The translations under genes were made by a program, and so were the position numbers. From Lama glama (taxonomy: Eukaryota), in NCBI GenBank assembly GCA_028534125.1, contig CM052817.1, positions 22,570,001-22,634,000 on the forward strand: a stretch of 64,000 bases of DNA. Reading direction: 5' to 3'. Shown one piece after another: positions 27,001 through 42,031 of the stretch (position 1 is the first letter of the stretch; every line of letters begins with the position of its first letter). The notes under the pieces are model-generated. The model searched no databases, was not told the origin of the DNA, and was given only the letters and a program-made list of their open reading frames with translations.

Positions 27001-30000
27001 AAAATAAAGATTTCCTGTCTTATACTTAAATGGGAAAGCATGAATGAAAACATTTATAGTAATAAATTAAATATTAATAGGCAAGAGAGTATATAGTAGG
27101 TGGTGCAAAGTAGTAAAAGGAGTGGCTTTGCTACTTGCAAGCAATACTCTATTTTTATTTAGTAATTACCTACTAGGTCTGGTAGAATGACTTAACCAGA
27201 CAATGTATTTTAGGAAATTGGTATACAGAATATTGATTAAGATAGATATACTGTGTAAATAAAATACAAGATAAATATAATGCAATGTTAGATATCACAC
27301 AGAAGGTCTATATGACACTTATTTTTGTAAAATCCTAACATTTTAGGTATTCAATTAATGGTTTGATAAAATAGCAAAGAAGAATGACATCTTTTAAGGA
27401 CATGCCTTGTATAAGCATTCTGCTTTTTAGAAACTTTTATATTTAAATATCATATGAATTTGTTTCATAAGCTAATACTAATATTGAATGTTAATATATA
27501 TGTGATATCTAGATGTATGTTTCCTCCTTCAAAGTGAGTGTGTGTATTTCCTTAAAAAGGGTACAATGGGATAAGGAAAACAAATTTTTAAATTAATTAT
27601 AGAAAAATAAGGGATCTATAAATAATATTAATGATCTTCTTTCTCTGTTATTGCATGTTGTGGGTAGCTCTCATATTTACTGAAGATAACCTGGAAATAA
27701 TCCTGATTTTGTAAGTCTGGGATATACTGCCTACCAGTTTAAGGTCAAAATCAAGCAGAATTTTTCTAAAGAAGTTTCAGTTTGAAATTTGATCTCATTT
27801 GAACTTAATCTCAATGAAAGGCCTATAATCACTTAAATTAACAAGCAAGAAAAATGAAACATTAATTGTATCCTTTTAACTGAATTGAGAGCTGAAACAT
27901 TTCGAGGCGTGTAGTCCCAAATTAGCTTAATTCTAATTTTTTCCCACAAACTTCATGTAAAATCAGGGTAAATTCTCCTGCCTATACATAGACTTCTGCT
28001 ATCTGCAACGTATTTAAAAATCTTAACTGATTCCTTTACTTTGTAGAAATTTTAAACACTAACAAAAAGAAAGAAAGTCTTTTTTTTAACAATTTTATCC
28101 ACTGTTGAATTAATCTGCGCTCTAAAAATTCCATAGCCCAACACATAAGATGCATATATTTTAATACTGAACCAAAATTTGTCCAAATAAACAGTAATGG
28201 GGTTCAAAATATGGAGATGGTGAGTGACTGCATTAGAACCTGATTATCAACATCTTGAGATCATTGGAATCTTAATACTAAATTTAGTGCTTGTAAGACA
28301 TCGATTTACCACAACAAGTAGAGAAAACACCCTATGGCAATACATGCAAGATGTGCTGTGCCTTCTACCCACAAAGAAATGTACACAGAGCCATTCCAAC
28401 TTGAAGTAGTTGTTTTAAAATTTGCACATATGCATCAGATTTAAACGTTTTCACTTCCCATTACAAGGGCAATCAGATCATCAGGCTAAATACACATGAT
28501 ATTTCAATAGACAGACAAATTCATAGCAAAAATGTTATGTTAAAAAAATGAGTTTTGTTTTAAATGGATGAGCAGTGTTTCTTTGAATCTGTAAAATCTG
28601 TATGTTTGAAGTCTAATGTTGAAAATGGCTCTGATTTTAAATTAAGAAAAGTGCTCTACATAGTCTAAAATTATATAACACTAGTATGTTACTCTTTGAA
28701 AATGTTTCCTTATACAAGTAAGTTATGTTTACAGATGTGCTTCTAGAAGGAATATTTATGTATAGGTACCTCACTATTAACAGGGATAATGAATGTAAGA
28801 GGGAGACACAGGGAAAAAGAGAGAGACAGGGAGACAGGGAGAGACAGAGACAGAGAGATTACCACAGTAATAATCTTCAGGATGAAAACCAGAATTTTAT
28901 ACTTCCCTCACCAGTGTAGACTGTTGCCTCTGTGCTGCCTTTTAATTGCAAATAAAGAACTACAGGTCATGTCCTAAATCCAAAAAGATCCAGAGACTGC
29001 AAGCTAAATTTTAGAACACTAGTACTGACATTTCACTGTATGATACTTAAAATAAATGTTGACATAAACATAAAATCCTGAACAGGACTTAGACTAGTAT
29101 AACCATTTACTAAAATTTAAATGTTAAATTAATTTCTTTATGTATGTTAGAACACAAGACATCCCCTAACATGTCTTTTTTTTTTTTAAATTTAAGTAGT
29201 GAAGTTGAAAACATGGGACTCTTCTTAACCACCTTTCCTCAAATTATCAATGTATTTTTTAAAAGGATATTCCTTTTAAGCTCCTTCACCATAGAGATTT
29301 GCACTGTTTTGACAAAGATCCTGGCTAATTTAAGCCCATGGCAGGAAGCAGTTTAAGGTCAGTAAAACAGAATTATCATATCTTGTTCAGTGAAGTAACA
29401 CATAAAGAAAAATGTCTGCTGAAAGCCAACCAAATCACTGTCAACCCCAGAATTGTCAGGCAATTCTTGGTCTTCCAGGGTGCTATTCAACTTCCTCTTT
29501 GCATTAGGGATTTGCAGGCTAAGTAAATGCCTTTCAGAATAAGTCAAATTTAAGTGCATTGTCCAGCTCAGTGTTTCCATTGCTTGCGATAATCATGGTT
29601 CAGTGAATAAGAGTAAAATTGGAAGTGAAGAAATGCTCTAAATGGTCAGGCTTGTCCAAATTTCAGCCTCTGACACTGTCAAGGAACTTTTCCATGGAGC
29701 TTTAATTACCTCACCTATAAACTAGGGGCAGTGAGATTTGCTCTTTTTTCCCCAGCAAGACTGTTTTAGAAAACAAACTAAATACATTTTTTTGAAAGCA
29801 TATTTGACATAATAATTTATGATGGCATTGTTTTAATTCTCACAAGATTTTCGAAACTATCAAGTTAAAAATCTCGGTAATTATAATCTTCAACTTGGAT
29901 CAAAAAATTCATAAGAAAATCATGTTGGTCATCACTTCATTTAATCACTCCTTGAGTCACTCAAGCATTTATTAAGCAACCATGATGTGCAAGTGAATAT

Positions 30001-33000
30001 CTTTGCTATTAATGTACTGTGAATCTAAAACAAGAATGAGTCCTGTGGAAATCATGTTGGAAGACAGTTAATTGCCTTAAAGGAAATACATAGTAAGTTT
30101 TTCTTGGTTTAGAAAACAATATCCATTTGTTAGACCACGACAGTTTTTAGCAACAAGAATAAATTTGAATTGCAAATCATTTTATTTCTCTATCACTTTA
30201 GAAATCTAAAATTGGCTTACAATTAGCTTTAGAATAACACCCTGAATACTTTGTTCTTTAGGGCTTTGTATGATCTGGTTCCAGTCTGACTCACCAAACT
30301 TACCTCCTATTACTCTTCTTCCATTGTATGTCCCTCAGAATCTTGTCCTTATATTTAGAAATTTTAGTTCTATACTTTTGCTAGGGAAGATACAACACAC
30401 AGTAAACTGTGATGAAGGCTTGAGTAGGCTCTTCTAGATATAAACTGCCCATTTTAGGAATTAGATAAAATTTTGGTGAGGTTCACATCCCTTCTTGATA
30501 GTAGAGGGTCCTAACTGCTGTTCTTATATAAATGGACAACTAACTAACCAAACTTCATCTGAAAGTGAAAACTGTTGGATATATTTTTGAGAAGTGAAGA
30601 TGGAAAGTGGTATGGCAGGGAACTTGTTATGAAGCCACAGAACTTTCCTCTGAGCTGTTTAACACAAGCAGTCAGTCAAAGATGTCAAGCAGTGTCTATT
30701 TTATTACTTTGCATTCTTGGTGTAATTCTAAAACAGAGACTTCATGAAGAGCCTAAGAATAGATTTTCTTTGTTGTTACCATTCTAACTTCTACTTTCAT
30801 ACCCCTCAACTCCAAATTCTTCTTTTTCACTGAAAGCTGTACACCTTTTAATTCCTTCACATACTCACCTTTTTCCCTGTTACAGCTATTCCGTCTCTGA
30901 AAGCCTGGAGCTAATTGGGGTCTGTTCTTGACATGTTCCTCCTTACCTGAATTTAAGTCCTATTCCATTTCTCTGTCTTCTACCATTTTGGTTCTTGGAC
31001 AATTCCACCTACTCTCAAACTAAGTTCATTACCATCTAAGACTGCTTGACTATTGCCACCTGTACCATTTGTTTGGGTACAGATCAACCATTAGTCTATC
31101 TAACCATATGGAAACACTCTCTCTTAAATGTTCTTGAGCTAGTTATATTTTTTCAGCTTTACTCTATTTATGGAGAGATGGCACAAACACACAGAGAAGT
31201 CCTCATTTTCTTATTTTTATTCATGTTCATGTGGTAATTTCATTCATATATTTAGTCAGTATTTTCCACCAACACTCTTAAACATTGATGTCATCTTTAA
31301 CACTTGTGGGGTTTTTCCCTCCTCACTGAGCCATCATAATTTTTCTTTTATTCCCCCTTCTATGCCCAGTCAGGTCTTTATGAACTGGCTACTGGGTTTG
31401 AGCAATAGACTCCTGCTGGTCTAGCATTTGAGGACCTGTCTTTATAATCAATCAAAACCATCCAAAATCAGACTCACATTCAGAAATACAACCTTGATCA
31501 CATCTCTCACTTTTTCAAACCCCTCAGTTTGTGACCTCTGCTTATGATTCAAGGCTTTGTTAGACATTGAAAGTTCTCTGAAGTCTAGCCTGAATGATCC
31601 TTTCTATTCTTATTTCTCATATGTTCCAGGAGATATCTGACTTCCCTCAAAATAATTGCTTGCTGTTTTCTAGGAATATCTTCACATTTCTACTTCTATG
31701 TACCTGTTTAGGTTTTCCCTGGAATTCATTTTTCGCTTCCTTCTATTAAGAACTTTTATTCTTTTCTCAAGGGTCATTTAATACCAATTTTTCAATGAGA
31801 AGTTCTGTTTAATCACTCCATGGAGTGCTCAGTCATGTGAAAGAGGAAGTTTTATAAGCAGTAAATAAGGTCACAGTTAAATAAATGCTGTGGTTGAAGA
31901 CTTAGTTCAAGGAAATTAGAATACGATATACAAAGTTATCCCTGCTCTTTGAGCCTTCCTTATCTAGATTATAATTCCTTAAGGTCACAGATCATATCAT
32001 GCTCCTCCTCCTCTTTTTCATTTTTATCATTCCCTGTAAATCTTCCAAATAAAATCTGCTCAATATTGTATTATTATTTGATTGCCTAAGTTGGAAGGTG
32101 TATTCTATAAAGGCTAAGCTCTGGACAGAATTTGTTAATTTAGCACTAACCAATGATTCAAGAAAGCCTTCCAAGACTACATTAAAAAACTCATGTTTTA
32201 TGCTCTTAAGTCATCATTAATAAATTACACAAATAACCACCGAAAGGTTTAGACTTTCAGGTGCTCTTCTAAATGCTGAAGAAATGGCAGAGGGGAAACA
32301 ATGCCCTGCTTTCAATAGATTATGGACTGTTCTTAGCACTTAGATAATTAAAAAATTGTATTTCTTGATTAATATTTATAAAATATTGTATATTTTAATT
32401 ACATTATTAAAATATTTCTACATCTTTTATTCTCTATGTCTACATAACCTCCTCATCCCCAGGGCAGATATTATTTCTCTTTTTCCTTTCCACTGAAGAG
32501 GCATTGCTCATCATAGGGTTTATCACATAGTAAACACTCAGTAAATACAGTATTCGCGGAAACCATGCATAAAATACTTAAATACAAATATGACTATCTA
32601 CGCAATTATTTGTAAGTTAATCTGATGACGAGTTTACTGCTATCCTTTATATGAATGAACTATTTTACTTGAAATAAGAATTTTCTTTTTTCTTCTCTCA
32701 TTAGATTTATTTAAAGGAAAACCTTGTTCCAGATTTTCAGGTTCTCAGGGTTCCTATTGATCAAAGAAGTTATCATTTACTAATGAAAGAGTATTTCCAG
32801 AGGTCATTTGTGTTTTCTAAAATCAGGTTGACTGGTATTAAAAACTTAACACAGATGCTGAAACAGTAAAAAAAAAAAAAAACACATGCTTCTATTAATC
32901 TATCAATAGACTACTGAATTGTCTCTGATATTAATTGCCTTTGAAAAATACAACAGCCCATGTATCAGTAATTCTCAACCTGTCAGGATAAGTAATTCTC

Positions 33001-33069
33001 AACATTAAAACTAACTTGGTTGGAGGAGGGGAGATAATATTCAGGTTATTTTGACCTTGAAGTCATTTC

Positions 33070-33870
33070 GGACTGCTCTCTTTCTCTCACACTGCTTATC
33101 CAATCCATTAGCAAATCCTTCCAGCATTACCATTAAAACAGACTCAGAGTCCAAACAGTCTCACAACCTCCACTGTTCCTAGTCCAGTTAGAGCCACCAC
33201 AATCCCTAACCTGGACTCAAAAAACAGCCTTCTGACATGTCTCCTGCTTCCACACTGGAAGAATTTCTCCTTTGCAGAAATCATGATGATCCATTAAAAA
33301 TCTGCGTCAACATTGTCACCCTACTGTTCCAAATTGTGCCTGGTTTCTCAACTCATTCCGAATAAAATTTATGCTGTCTAGGTAACCTGCTGTCTCTCTG
33401 ATGTCATCTGCGGTCACTCCTCCCCTTGCCTCAACCACACTGGTCTCCTCAAGTGGGGTCCAAGGTTTCAAACATGCCTAAAGCCCTCTCAGAGCATTTG
33501 TGAGTTCTTTACATGGCTGAATACACCTTTCTCCCAGAAAATCATGAAATGTTTGGCGCCTTCACTTTCTTCCACCTGTATTTAAATGTAATTATCCAAG
33601 AGGGCTTCTTGGACCAAATTATATGAAACAGCATTCCCTCTACACCATTTATGTTCTATTCTGCATCATTTCTTTGCCATCATTCATTCACCACTTGCCT
33701 TATCACGTTTTCTCATTTATATAAATATATATAAATCAAACATTAAAAATAATATTTTTCCTGGGTACTTGCCACCCTCTATAATAGAACCTCTGTCAGG
33801 AAAGAAATGTTGTTTTGTTCACTTCTGTATCACCAAAGTCTGGAAGGATGGCTTGTAAAATGTAGGTAAT
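33070..33870 (+). mobile_element. L2 3' fragment
   Basis: ATCCAATCCATTAGCAAATCCT..GCCACCACAATCCCTAACCTGGAC..TTGTTCACTTCTGTATCACCA..GTAGGT. Confidence 0.65.
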
Positions 33871-33879
33871 TAATATTAC

Positions 33880-34019
33880 TTTTTAAAAAATTGGGGGAGG
33901 AGGTAATCAGGTTTGTTTGTTTGTTTGTTTGTTCATTATTTTTTTAAAGGTAATACTGGGGATTGAACCCAGGACCTCGTGCATGCAAGGCATGCCCTCT
34001 ACCAGCTATACCTTCCCCC
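33880..34019 (-). mobile_element. tRNA-derived SINE, Vic-1-like
   Basis: Same family as 5525-5665; B box GGTTCAATCCC; tail AAACAAAC..CCTGATTACCTCC. Confidence 0.8.
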
Positions 34020-37000
34020 TTAATGCTATTTTTTTAATGCTTAAAAATCTTTCTTATTGAAAACTGAAAGACTCTTTACTTTTTATTTAAATTATTCTAA
34101 TTTGAAAGTTTTCTATTTAATTTCAAGTAAGAATGGCATGTTTACATGAAACAATTTAAATGAAATAGACATTTTTATATTCCATATTTCACCCACTGTG
34201 AAGGAATATGCTTCTGTGCTTATACAAATGAGCTAAAATAAAATATATATCACAACAGCCTAATGTTCAATGGAATAAATATATCTCTAGATTTCTAGAT
34301 ATAAGTCATGAAATAGAAGATACAGCTGTCTCAAAAGAATTCTAGAACTTAAAAGGGAAAATATTTTTTTTAGGCATAAATCTTTCCCATAGTTTGTAAA
34401 AGCAATAGTAATTTATTAAAATTATTTCCTATTTTTGTGTTATTTTGCATTCCTCATTCTTTAAATTGTATACCTTATGCATTTGAATATATACAGCTTT
34501 ATAATGTCATGTAATACAAAATGCTTTGCAATGTTTGTGATTATCTACAGTTAGTGGCAATGAAGGTATCTAGTATTCTCATTATGAACTACTCTGTCTT
34601 AAAGAAGTCCTATATTTAAAAAAATTTTAGTTGGTAAAATGTGACAGGAAAACAGATAAAATATATGCCTGCAAAAATGTGTTTGTGTATGTGTCTGTGT
34701 GTGTGTGTGTATGCGCTTGTGTGTGTGGAAAGAGAAAAAGAGAGTTGTTTTACTATTCACACAAAATAAAAGTTACAACATATATAGTATCTTAGGAAGA
34801 GTTTTACTGTTATCTTATTATAATCCAGTTGAGCTCTATAAAAATTCTCAGAATGTATAACATAAAAGCCAGTATTATTTATGATTTCTACTGCTTCAAC
34901 ATTTACTGTCAAGATCTTTATGACAGAAAAATCTACTGTCTATATTCAGCTGTTTCCAATAATCTCTCTCCCTTTTTAATGTTATAGTCTTTTCTAAGGA
35001 TGAACTTAGTATTTCACTGTGTGAAGTGTCAAGGCTTGCCAGCAATTCAAGTCCATTTCACTAGGAGTAGATATATGAAACTTCATGCTTCCTAGCTGTG
35101 CATATATACTCACCTGTTAAAGAGAAATATTATGATGTCTTTCTTTGATACAAAATCCTGAAAAGACTTTCTGTTTCAATGCTAACTTTAACTAGTATGG
35201 TGAAACCATTATAGTATGTGTAAAAGTAAATCTGTTACATGAGGGAATGTAGATCATACCATTTTTAATGTTATTTCAATCTCTAATTTTCTGAATCATT
35301 AAGTACATACTATATTAATATTGGATTGTGGGGGAAAATCACTACATCTGCATAATCTCTAATACTAGTCATTAAATTATCGGAGACATGGACTTGTCAG
35401 TGACATTGCATTTCCTAGAATTTGACTGGAGTTATATACTTCTGAATAAAGTAAAATGGAAAGTTAATATTTTCTGAATTGCTGAAAATTAATAGGAAAA
35501 CTAATCTACAGTCTTATTTTAAAAATATTTTTGATACCTGAAGAATGAAACGACTGCTACAGTCATATGATTATCTTCATTATTTTATCCATTCATCATC
35601 TAAGATTGATTTAACCATCATTTTGTAATTTTGTGTTCAGTAGTTGTTTAAAGGCATTGCTCATATAAAAAGTTATCAAATCATACAAAATATACAACAC
35701 CTTGAAATAACCACAATAAGAAATAAAAACATCTTGAATTATTTAAATCTCAGAAACCCCCAATATATAAAATATTCTGTATCAGAACACCAGCTCAAAT
35801 GTCACAGTATATACATTCCCGATTGAAAATACATACCTCCATTTTTTCTTGGAATAGGTACTGAGAGCAATCATTTCGATTGGATTACTAAGATGAATGG
35901 CATTTGTTGAAATGATAAGGCAAATGAGAGAATGAGAAAGAGATGTAGCAGAGGAAATATCAGAAAGGAAGAAAAAACAAGAACTTTACTATATTTGATC
36001 AAATTTAGTATATAGATATATAGATACACAGATATATAATGCTATTGTTAATATAAATGATTGTGAGAATAATTAGATAAGTGGTCAGATTTCATGAAAT
36101 TGAGAATATTTCTCCTAATTCACTGAAAACTGGTTCATTTGATTATGATTAGTATTTCTGAAATATGTCCACTTCTAAGTAGATGCACATGTAACAATAG
36201 TTAGATGAATGACACAGAATGTGCAAAAATCTAGTTTTTCTATCTAAAAACCATTATAATACACATTTATTATTGTGTGGGTTCCTTTTATCAGATTAGG
36301 TACTTACAATATAGATTATTCTCTTAGATAACTAAGGTACCTTTTCTTAAAAAATAGAACTGGCAAAAGCACTATCGGGTTTGACACACCATGTCGGTCA
36401 TGCCCAACAAAGTCGTGACTGACAGCCTGCCTAGGGCCTCAGGGACAAGTCTTTAGAAGAAGGGTAGTGTCCAAAGGCAGAGTTCAAGGAAAAGGTCTGG
36501 AACAGAGCAAGACTAATACCTCAGAGGGTAACAAAAACTGCCAAGGTCAAATTAAAATCAATCTATCAGTTTATAGGCAACTCATGTGGCAAAGACAAGG
36601 CCAGAGCTCCATGATTCTGCTCCACACAGCCAATGAAACACCATTTTTATAAATTCTGTACAGAGGAGTGTGATATCTTGTAACAGTAACTGATAAGCTG
36701 TAAATCTGTTTCAGGTGTTTTGAGATGCTCTCTCTCTCCCTATTCAAGGAAGACTTCATTTTTGTAGAATTATATTTTGTGTAACGTTCAGTGTTCCTTG
36801 GGAATTTTTTCACAGTTATCTTTAAAGGTGCTAATCCCATATTTTGTAACCTGTACTGTGTCATAATGTTAGAACTGTGTGAAGGATACCATTGGCTTTA
36901 AGACAAGACTGGTTTGAATCACATTTCTGCTACTTACTCATCGGATGACCCTGAGCTGTTTATTTTACACCGCTGGGCTTTGGTTTTACCATCTCAAAAC

Positions 37001-40000
37001 AGTGATGATAATAAATGGCCTGCAATGTTGCTATTAAAAAGAACTAAGAAAACAAAGGTACAACATTTAAATTGAGGCTAGAGAAGAGCTATAGTACCAT
37101 TATTTTATTGTACATTTCTCTGACAGCTTAGTTCAGGAACAATCATACAATCACCACAACTCTTTCTGGTGCTGAAGATGAAAATCACAGCACTAGGATG
37201 CCATATAGCTTTCATCTCACGTGTTAATGCCAATATATTCCTAATGGTTACATAGTGCACCATGTCAAGAAAAGTTTTGGAGTTCATTAACGACTACCAT
37301 GAAGTGTTTTCTATAATTGGTGGAAAAGGCTGATAGCACAACTATATATGTTGACCCTTACATGGAATGTTTAAATAAATTAATCTAATTGAAAAGTTTT
37401 CCATCAATCTAAATCACTTTAATTTGAAGTGTTTATAATAATTATTTAAGTGCTATGTAAGTGGAAAATTAGCTATGTCACAAGGCTCATATAAGTACAC
37501 TTAGGCAAAATAAGTCAAATATTTTGATTTTTCAACACTGCCAGTATCAGCAAAACGTCAATCACTCAGATTTTTTTTAAAAATGTGGAAGCAGTTCCTT
37601 CCCTGGATATCTTTGTACCTTCTCTTGGAAACAAGAAGAGTGATCCTAGAGCCGCGATTCTCAGCTCAGCTCTAATCAATAGAAAAGCAGTGCATTTTTT
37701 TTAATATTATAAATGCAGGTAATGACATAGAATAACCTGATGCAGTAGGTTAAAGCAGTTAATACTGTGTATTTTTCAAAACTCCAAAGATAATTCTAAA
37801 ACAAAGGCTGGTTAAGAAGCATTGCTTTACAGCCTTGGAAAATACATTTTTATTATGAAATTGATAAATCAGAGTTGTAATTTTCTTTCCTAATTTGGTA
37901 ATGACCAACTTCTTACACATTAAAGCCATCATTAAAATTAAGTTATAAAGCTTTACTTTTCACTAAAAATTATAAATTGTATTATATTTAATTATTTTAT
38001 TTTTTATTAATTTTATGACTATCTTCAGGCTCTGCTCTTCTCTTTCCTTCTCTTTCCCTGTCTCCTGTTTAACCAATACATACTAACTGTTGGTCTTGAT
38101 AATAGTAAATACTAAACTGTAAATTCTCAATATTAATAAATTTTAGTGTGTATAATTTTCAAATTCTTCATGTTTTCCTCTTGTATGATACCAGTATTGA
38201 CTGAAATTATAATTATTCCATAAAGAAACTGCATCTTAATTCTGATATTGTTTGGTAGTCCTATGTGTTATATTACTATAAAATACTGTCTTACTCATTT
38301 TTTCTTTCTTAGACCAAAAGCTATGAAGTTGCATATTCATTAGTTTCTAAGTTTCAATTTTATTGTTGGAAATGTTTCAGTGAATTTAGTCAGCATTATA
38401 TAGCATTTTTGATGCCACAACAATAAATAATGATGTCATTTTAATTGTATTTCTAATAAATTCTTCCTGAAATTTTTCTGGATATGGTGAAAATACAGCT
38501 GTAACAACTTTAGAATTAATATTTCACAATATTCCTTTGTTTTTTCATTCACTTCACTTAATTCCTGGTGTTTCTTTTCTTTTCTCAGAAATAAACACAT
38601 ACATATATAATCATAATCATATGTATTTATATATGGTTATGTTTATACATTTTTATAAACACAAATATACACACAATTTGGGGGACAAGATTTTTAGCCC
38701 ATATGAATTCAATAAGGCACTCAATCATACCGCAGGTACAATAATAAATCTTCCTTAAATACCTGATTGACTGGTTTTAATGACAGAGTTGATCATTACT
38801 ATAAAAATAAATAATAAAAATAGAAATATATAAACAAATGTATGGTAACAATGTATAAGTTAATAATTTAAAAACTCATATATAAATAATAAACAAAGGC
38901 TAAATTCCTTGACATTGCATGCAAGTGCCTTTGTACCCCCTACTTCCCTAACTCCGCTCTCTCTGCTCTTACAGTCTGGGCCATGTTAAACTACTCACAT
39001 TACTCCTGATTCTTCATACTCTCCTACCTTCAAATCTTTCTTCATTATGATTTCTCTGGAAAAACAGTCACTCAAACCTCTTGTGTTGGTCTATAATTTC
39101 TCCTGATTCAGTACTGACATATCGTCCTTTGAGACGCCATTTCTAAATTTCTGAGCTGGCGATTGTAATGCTTCTAAGAGTTTGCAAAACACTTTGTGCA
39201 TAATTGTCTCACAGAACATGTCTCCCTGGACAACAAGAGTCTGATTATTTGTCTGGACTGAGTATTAGTGATTTCCCAAAATATTATTGAGCATCTAAAG
39301 GAATTTTTTTAAACATTAGGCCTACTGTAAAATTTCCTTAGACATTAGACCTGTGCTGAGTTAGATATACTTTGGTCAGGAATGTGAGAGAAATTGTTTG
39401 ACCAAAAAAAACTGAAGTGTAAAATCTGGCATTAAATATCCTAAACACAATCTGTAAAAATACTAAAATGTAAAAAAGCTGCTTTTTAAAATGTTAGGGA
39501 AATGAAACTTTTCAATCCTTAAATCTGTAAAACATGGCAATTGAAAGAGGAGGCAGGCAGATGATGCCAGGATTTTACACATGTCTACAGGGATTCTGTG
39601 GGATACATAACGATTTCAGTAAAAATACGGATATATTGTGAGAGAGAGTATAGTAAAATGATTAACGTTGGGATGGGCTCAAGGGATCCCACTATATAGG
39701 ACCTGTGTTTTTATCCCAAATTCTGAACGAGATGGAATCAACAGATAGAGAACCAAAATATTTCTTTTCCTATGAAAAAGTTTAATTTGAAGGTCCTAGA
39801 TAAATATGAGCAAGTAAACATTTTATTCTTTAGTACAGATTTTGGTATCACCCACCAGAGAGGTAGCTTGATTCTGTAGAGCAGACACGCTTGTCAAATC
39901 AGTGAGGAAAGAGAGAGAGAGAGAGAAAGAGAGACATTTCCCATTGCTGCCCATAATTGCAGGTCTCTCCTAGATTATATATGTTGAGGAATAGTTGTGA

Positions 40001-41053
40001 CCTACCAGCTAAGTGGTACCTTTCCCTCTATGGGATTCAGTAAGGAGTCAGGCAAAAAAAAATAAAAAATAAAAAATAAAAAAAATCAAGAATATTTATC
40101 GGAACTCAATAAGCCATTAACATAGATTTTGTTCTAACCTTTTGAATTTGCTCCTTTGAGTATGGTACGGTGACACTAGTAGGAAGAAATACATATTTTC
40201 TTTCAGAAAGCTCCAAAATTGGTTAACACATCCCATTAAGTAAACCAACAATAAAGTCACTATGATAAAAGTTGAAATTGTTTGCCTATCACATTTCTCA
40301 GCTCATACTATAACTAGCCAAGTTGCATGTTTTCCACTCTAGCCTATTGCGAGTTTTGCAAAGAGATCAATGATGTAATAAAGACACAAGTAATAAGATG
40401 CACTCATTTGAATATAAACATTATAATACTAGTCAAATAGTCAGTCTGACTCAAAATTTAAAGTCAAACATTCAATACCATTGCAATCAATGAAGCTTTG
40501 TATTTTTCTCCCTGAAAAGATCCAGCTGTCTCAGGACCTCTGAATTGAATTTATTCCATGACAAGTCTCTCCTGTCATTTTTAAAGATAGCAAAGAGATA
40601 ATAGATCACATATGATTTTCATTACACTAGCACCACAAACTCCAATTTAAAAGTCCAGGCCAGTTGCCAGATTGTTGAGCAGTTTTCCCAGCAAAATGTC
40701 TATACAACATCCCAGCATTTAGTGTTGACAAAAACTCTAGCAGAAATTCAGCATTACCTGAGAAAAGGAGAAAGAGAAAATATTCTTAATTTGTTTCTTA
40801 CCTGGAAGCCACAGTTTCAGCTGGTTATCCAGAATCCATGACCACTGAACTTTTATTCAAATTGGAGAAAGCCCCCAGGGAAAACATGGTTTGGCATGAT
40901 GGATTATCCCAGCTAGAAGAGGGGAAGCATCTCTTCCTATTCTTTCCTCTCAGACAGTGGCTTTTGTGACATTTCTGCTGTATCACCTTGACACCCCCTT
41001 GGAGTTTGTGCTTAGCCCGTATTGTCCCCTACTGTTACCTAAAGCCAAGAGGC

Positions 41054-42004
41054 TGTTACGGAAACAACAGGCCAGCCAAGAAACAAGCACCACTCGGAGG
41101 GTTGGAGTACTCAGATGTATTACGCCGGCTGGCTCAGAGGGGCTTCTGCTCCGAAGCTCTGAGCACCTCCAAGACGTGCACATGAGGTTCTATAGGGTAA
41201 AGTACCAANNNNNNNNNNNNNNNNNNNNNNNNNNNNNNNNNNNNNNNNNNNNNNNNNNNNNNNNNNNNNNNNNNNNNNNNNNNNNNNNNNNNNNNNNNNN
41301 NNNNNNNNNNNNNNNNNNNNNNNNNNNNNNNNNNNNNNNNNNNNNNNNNNNNNNNNNNNNNNNNNNNNNNNNNNNNNNNNNNNNNNNNNNNNNNNNNNNN
41401 NNNNNNNNNNNNNNNNNNNNNNNNNNNNNNNNNNNNNNNNNNNNNNNNNNNNNNNNNNNNNNNNNNNNNNNNNNNNNNNNNNNNNNNNNNNNNNNNNNNN
41501 NNNNNNNNNNNNNNNNNNNNNNNNNNNNNNNNNNNNNNNNNNNNNNNNNNNNNNNNNNNNNNNNNNNNNNNNNNNNNNNNNNNNNNNNNNNNNNNNNNNN
41601 NNNNNNNNNNNNNNNNNNNNNNNNNNNNNNNNNNNNNNNNNNNNNNNNNNNNNNNNNNNNNNNNNNNNNNNNNNNNNNNNNNNNNNNNNNNNNNNNNNNN
41701 NNNNNNNNCCAATAGGCATGGAACAGCTTTAGCAGCATCATTATCACAAAAGTGGAGGCAGGGAGGCAGCAAACCAACATTCCAAAGCCAGATATATATC
41801 TTTGAAAATCCAGCTGGCTAGCAAAAAAACATGAACAGCAAACCAACACTAATTAACTTAGATTTACAAGTTAGTCCAGTAGAACTCAGATCAGTATTCT
41901 GATACTTGGATTTGTGAGTTATCTTGTTAGACCAGACCAGCCTCTCCTTCACATTCCTAGACTTGTGAGTTATCTTGTTAGACCAGCCTGGCTTTTCCTT
42001 CACA
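41054..42004 (-). repeat. 3' LTR of the provirus, with a 51-bp-period duplication of the U3 start and a 500-N gap
   Basis: About 12 mismatches in about 346 alignable nt against the 5' LTR (hand count); preceded by a polypurine tract; possible variant poly(A) signal AATACA at 41116-41121. Confidence 0.93.
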
Positions 42005-42016
42005 TTGCCCCCTCTT
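42005..42016 (-). promoter_or_regulatory. Polypurine tract
   Basis: Minus strand AAGAGGGGGCAA immediately before TGTG of the 3' LTR. Confidence 0.85.
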
Positions 42017-42031
42017 GATGCTTTCACAACC

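Noticed and set aside
41912..42004. CRISPR-like repeat or other prokaryotic system
   Set aside because: Only two units, inside an LTR; the whole window is mammalian repeat-rich DNA.
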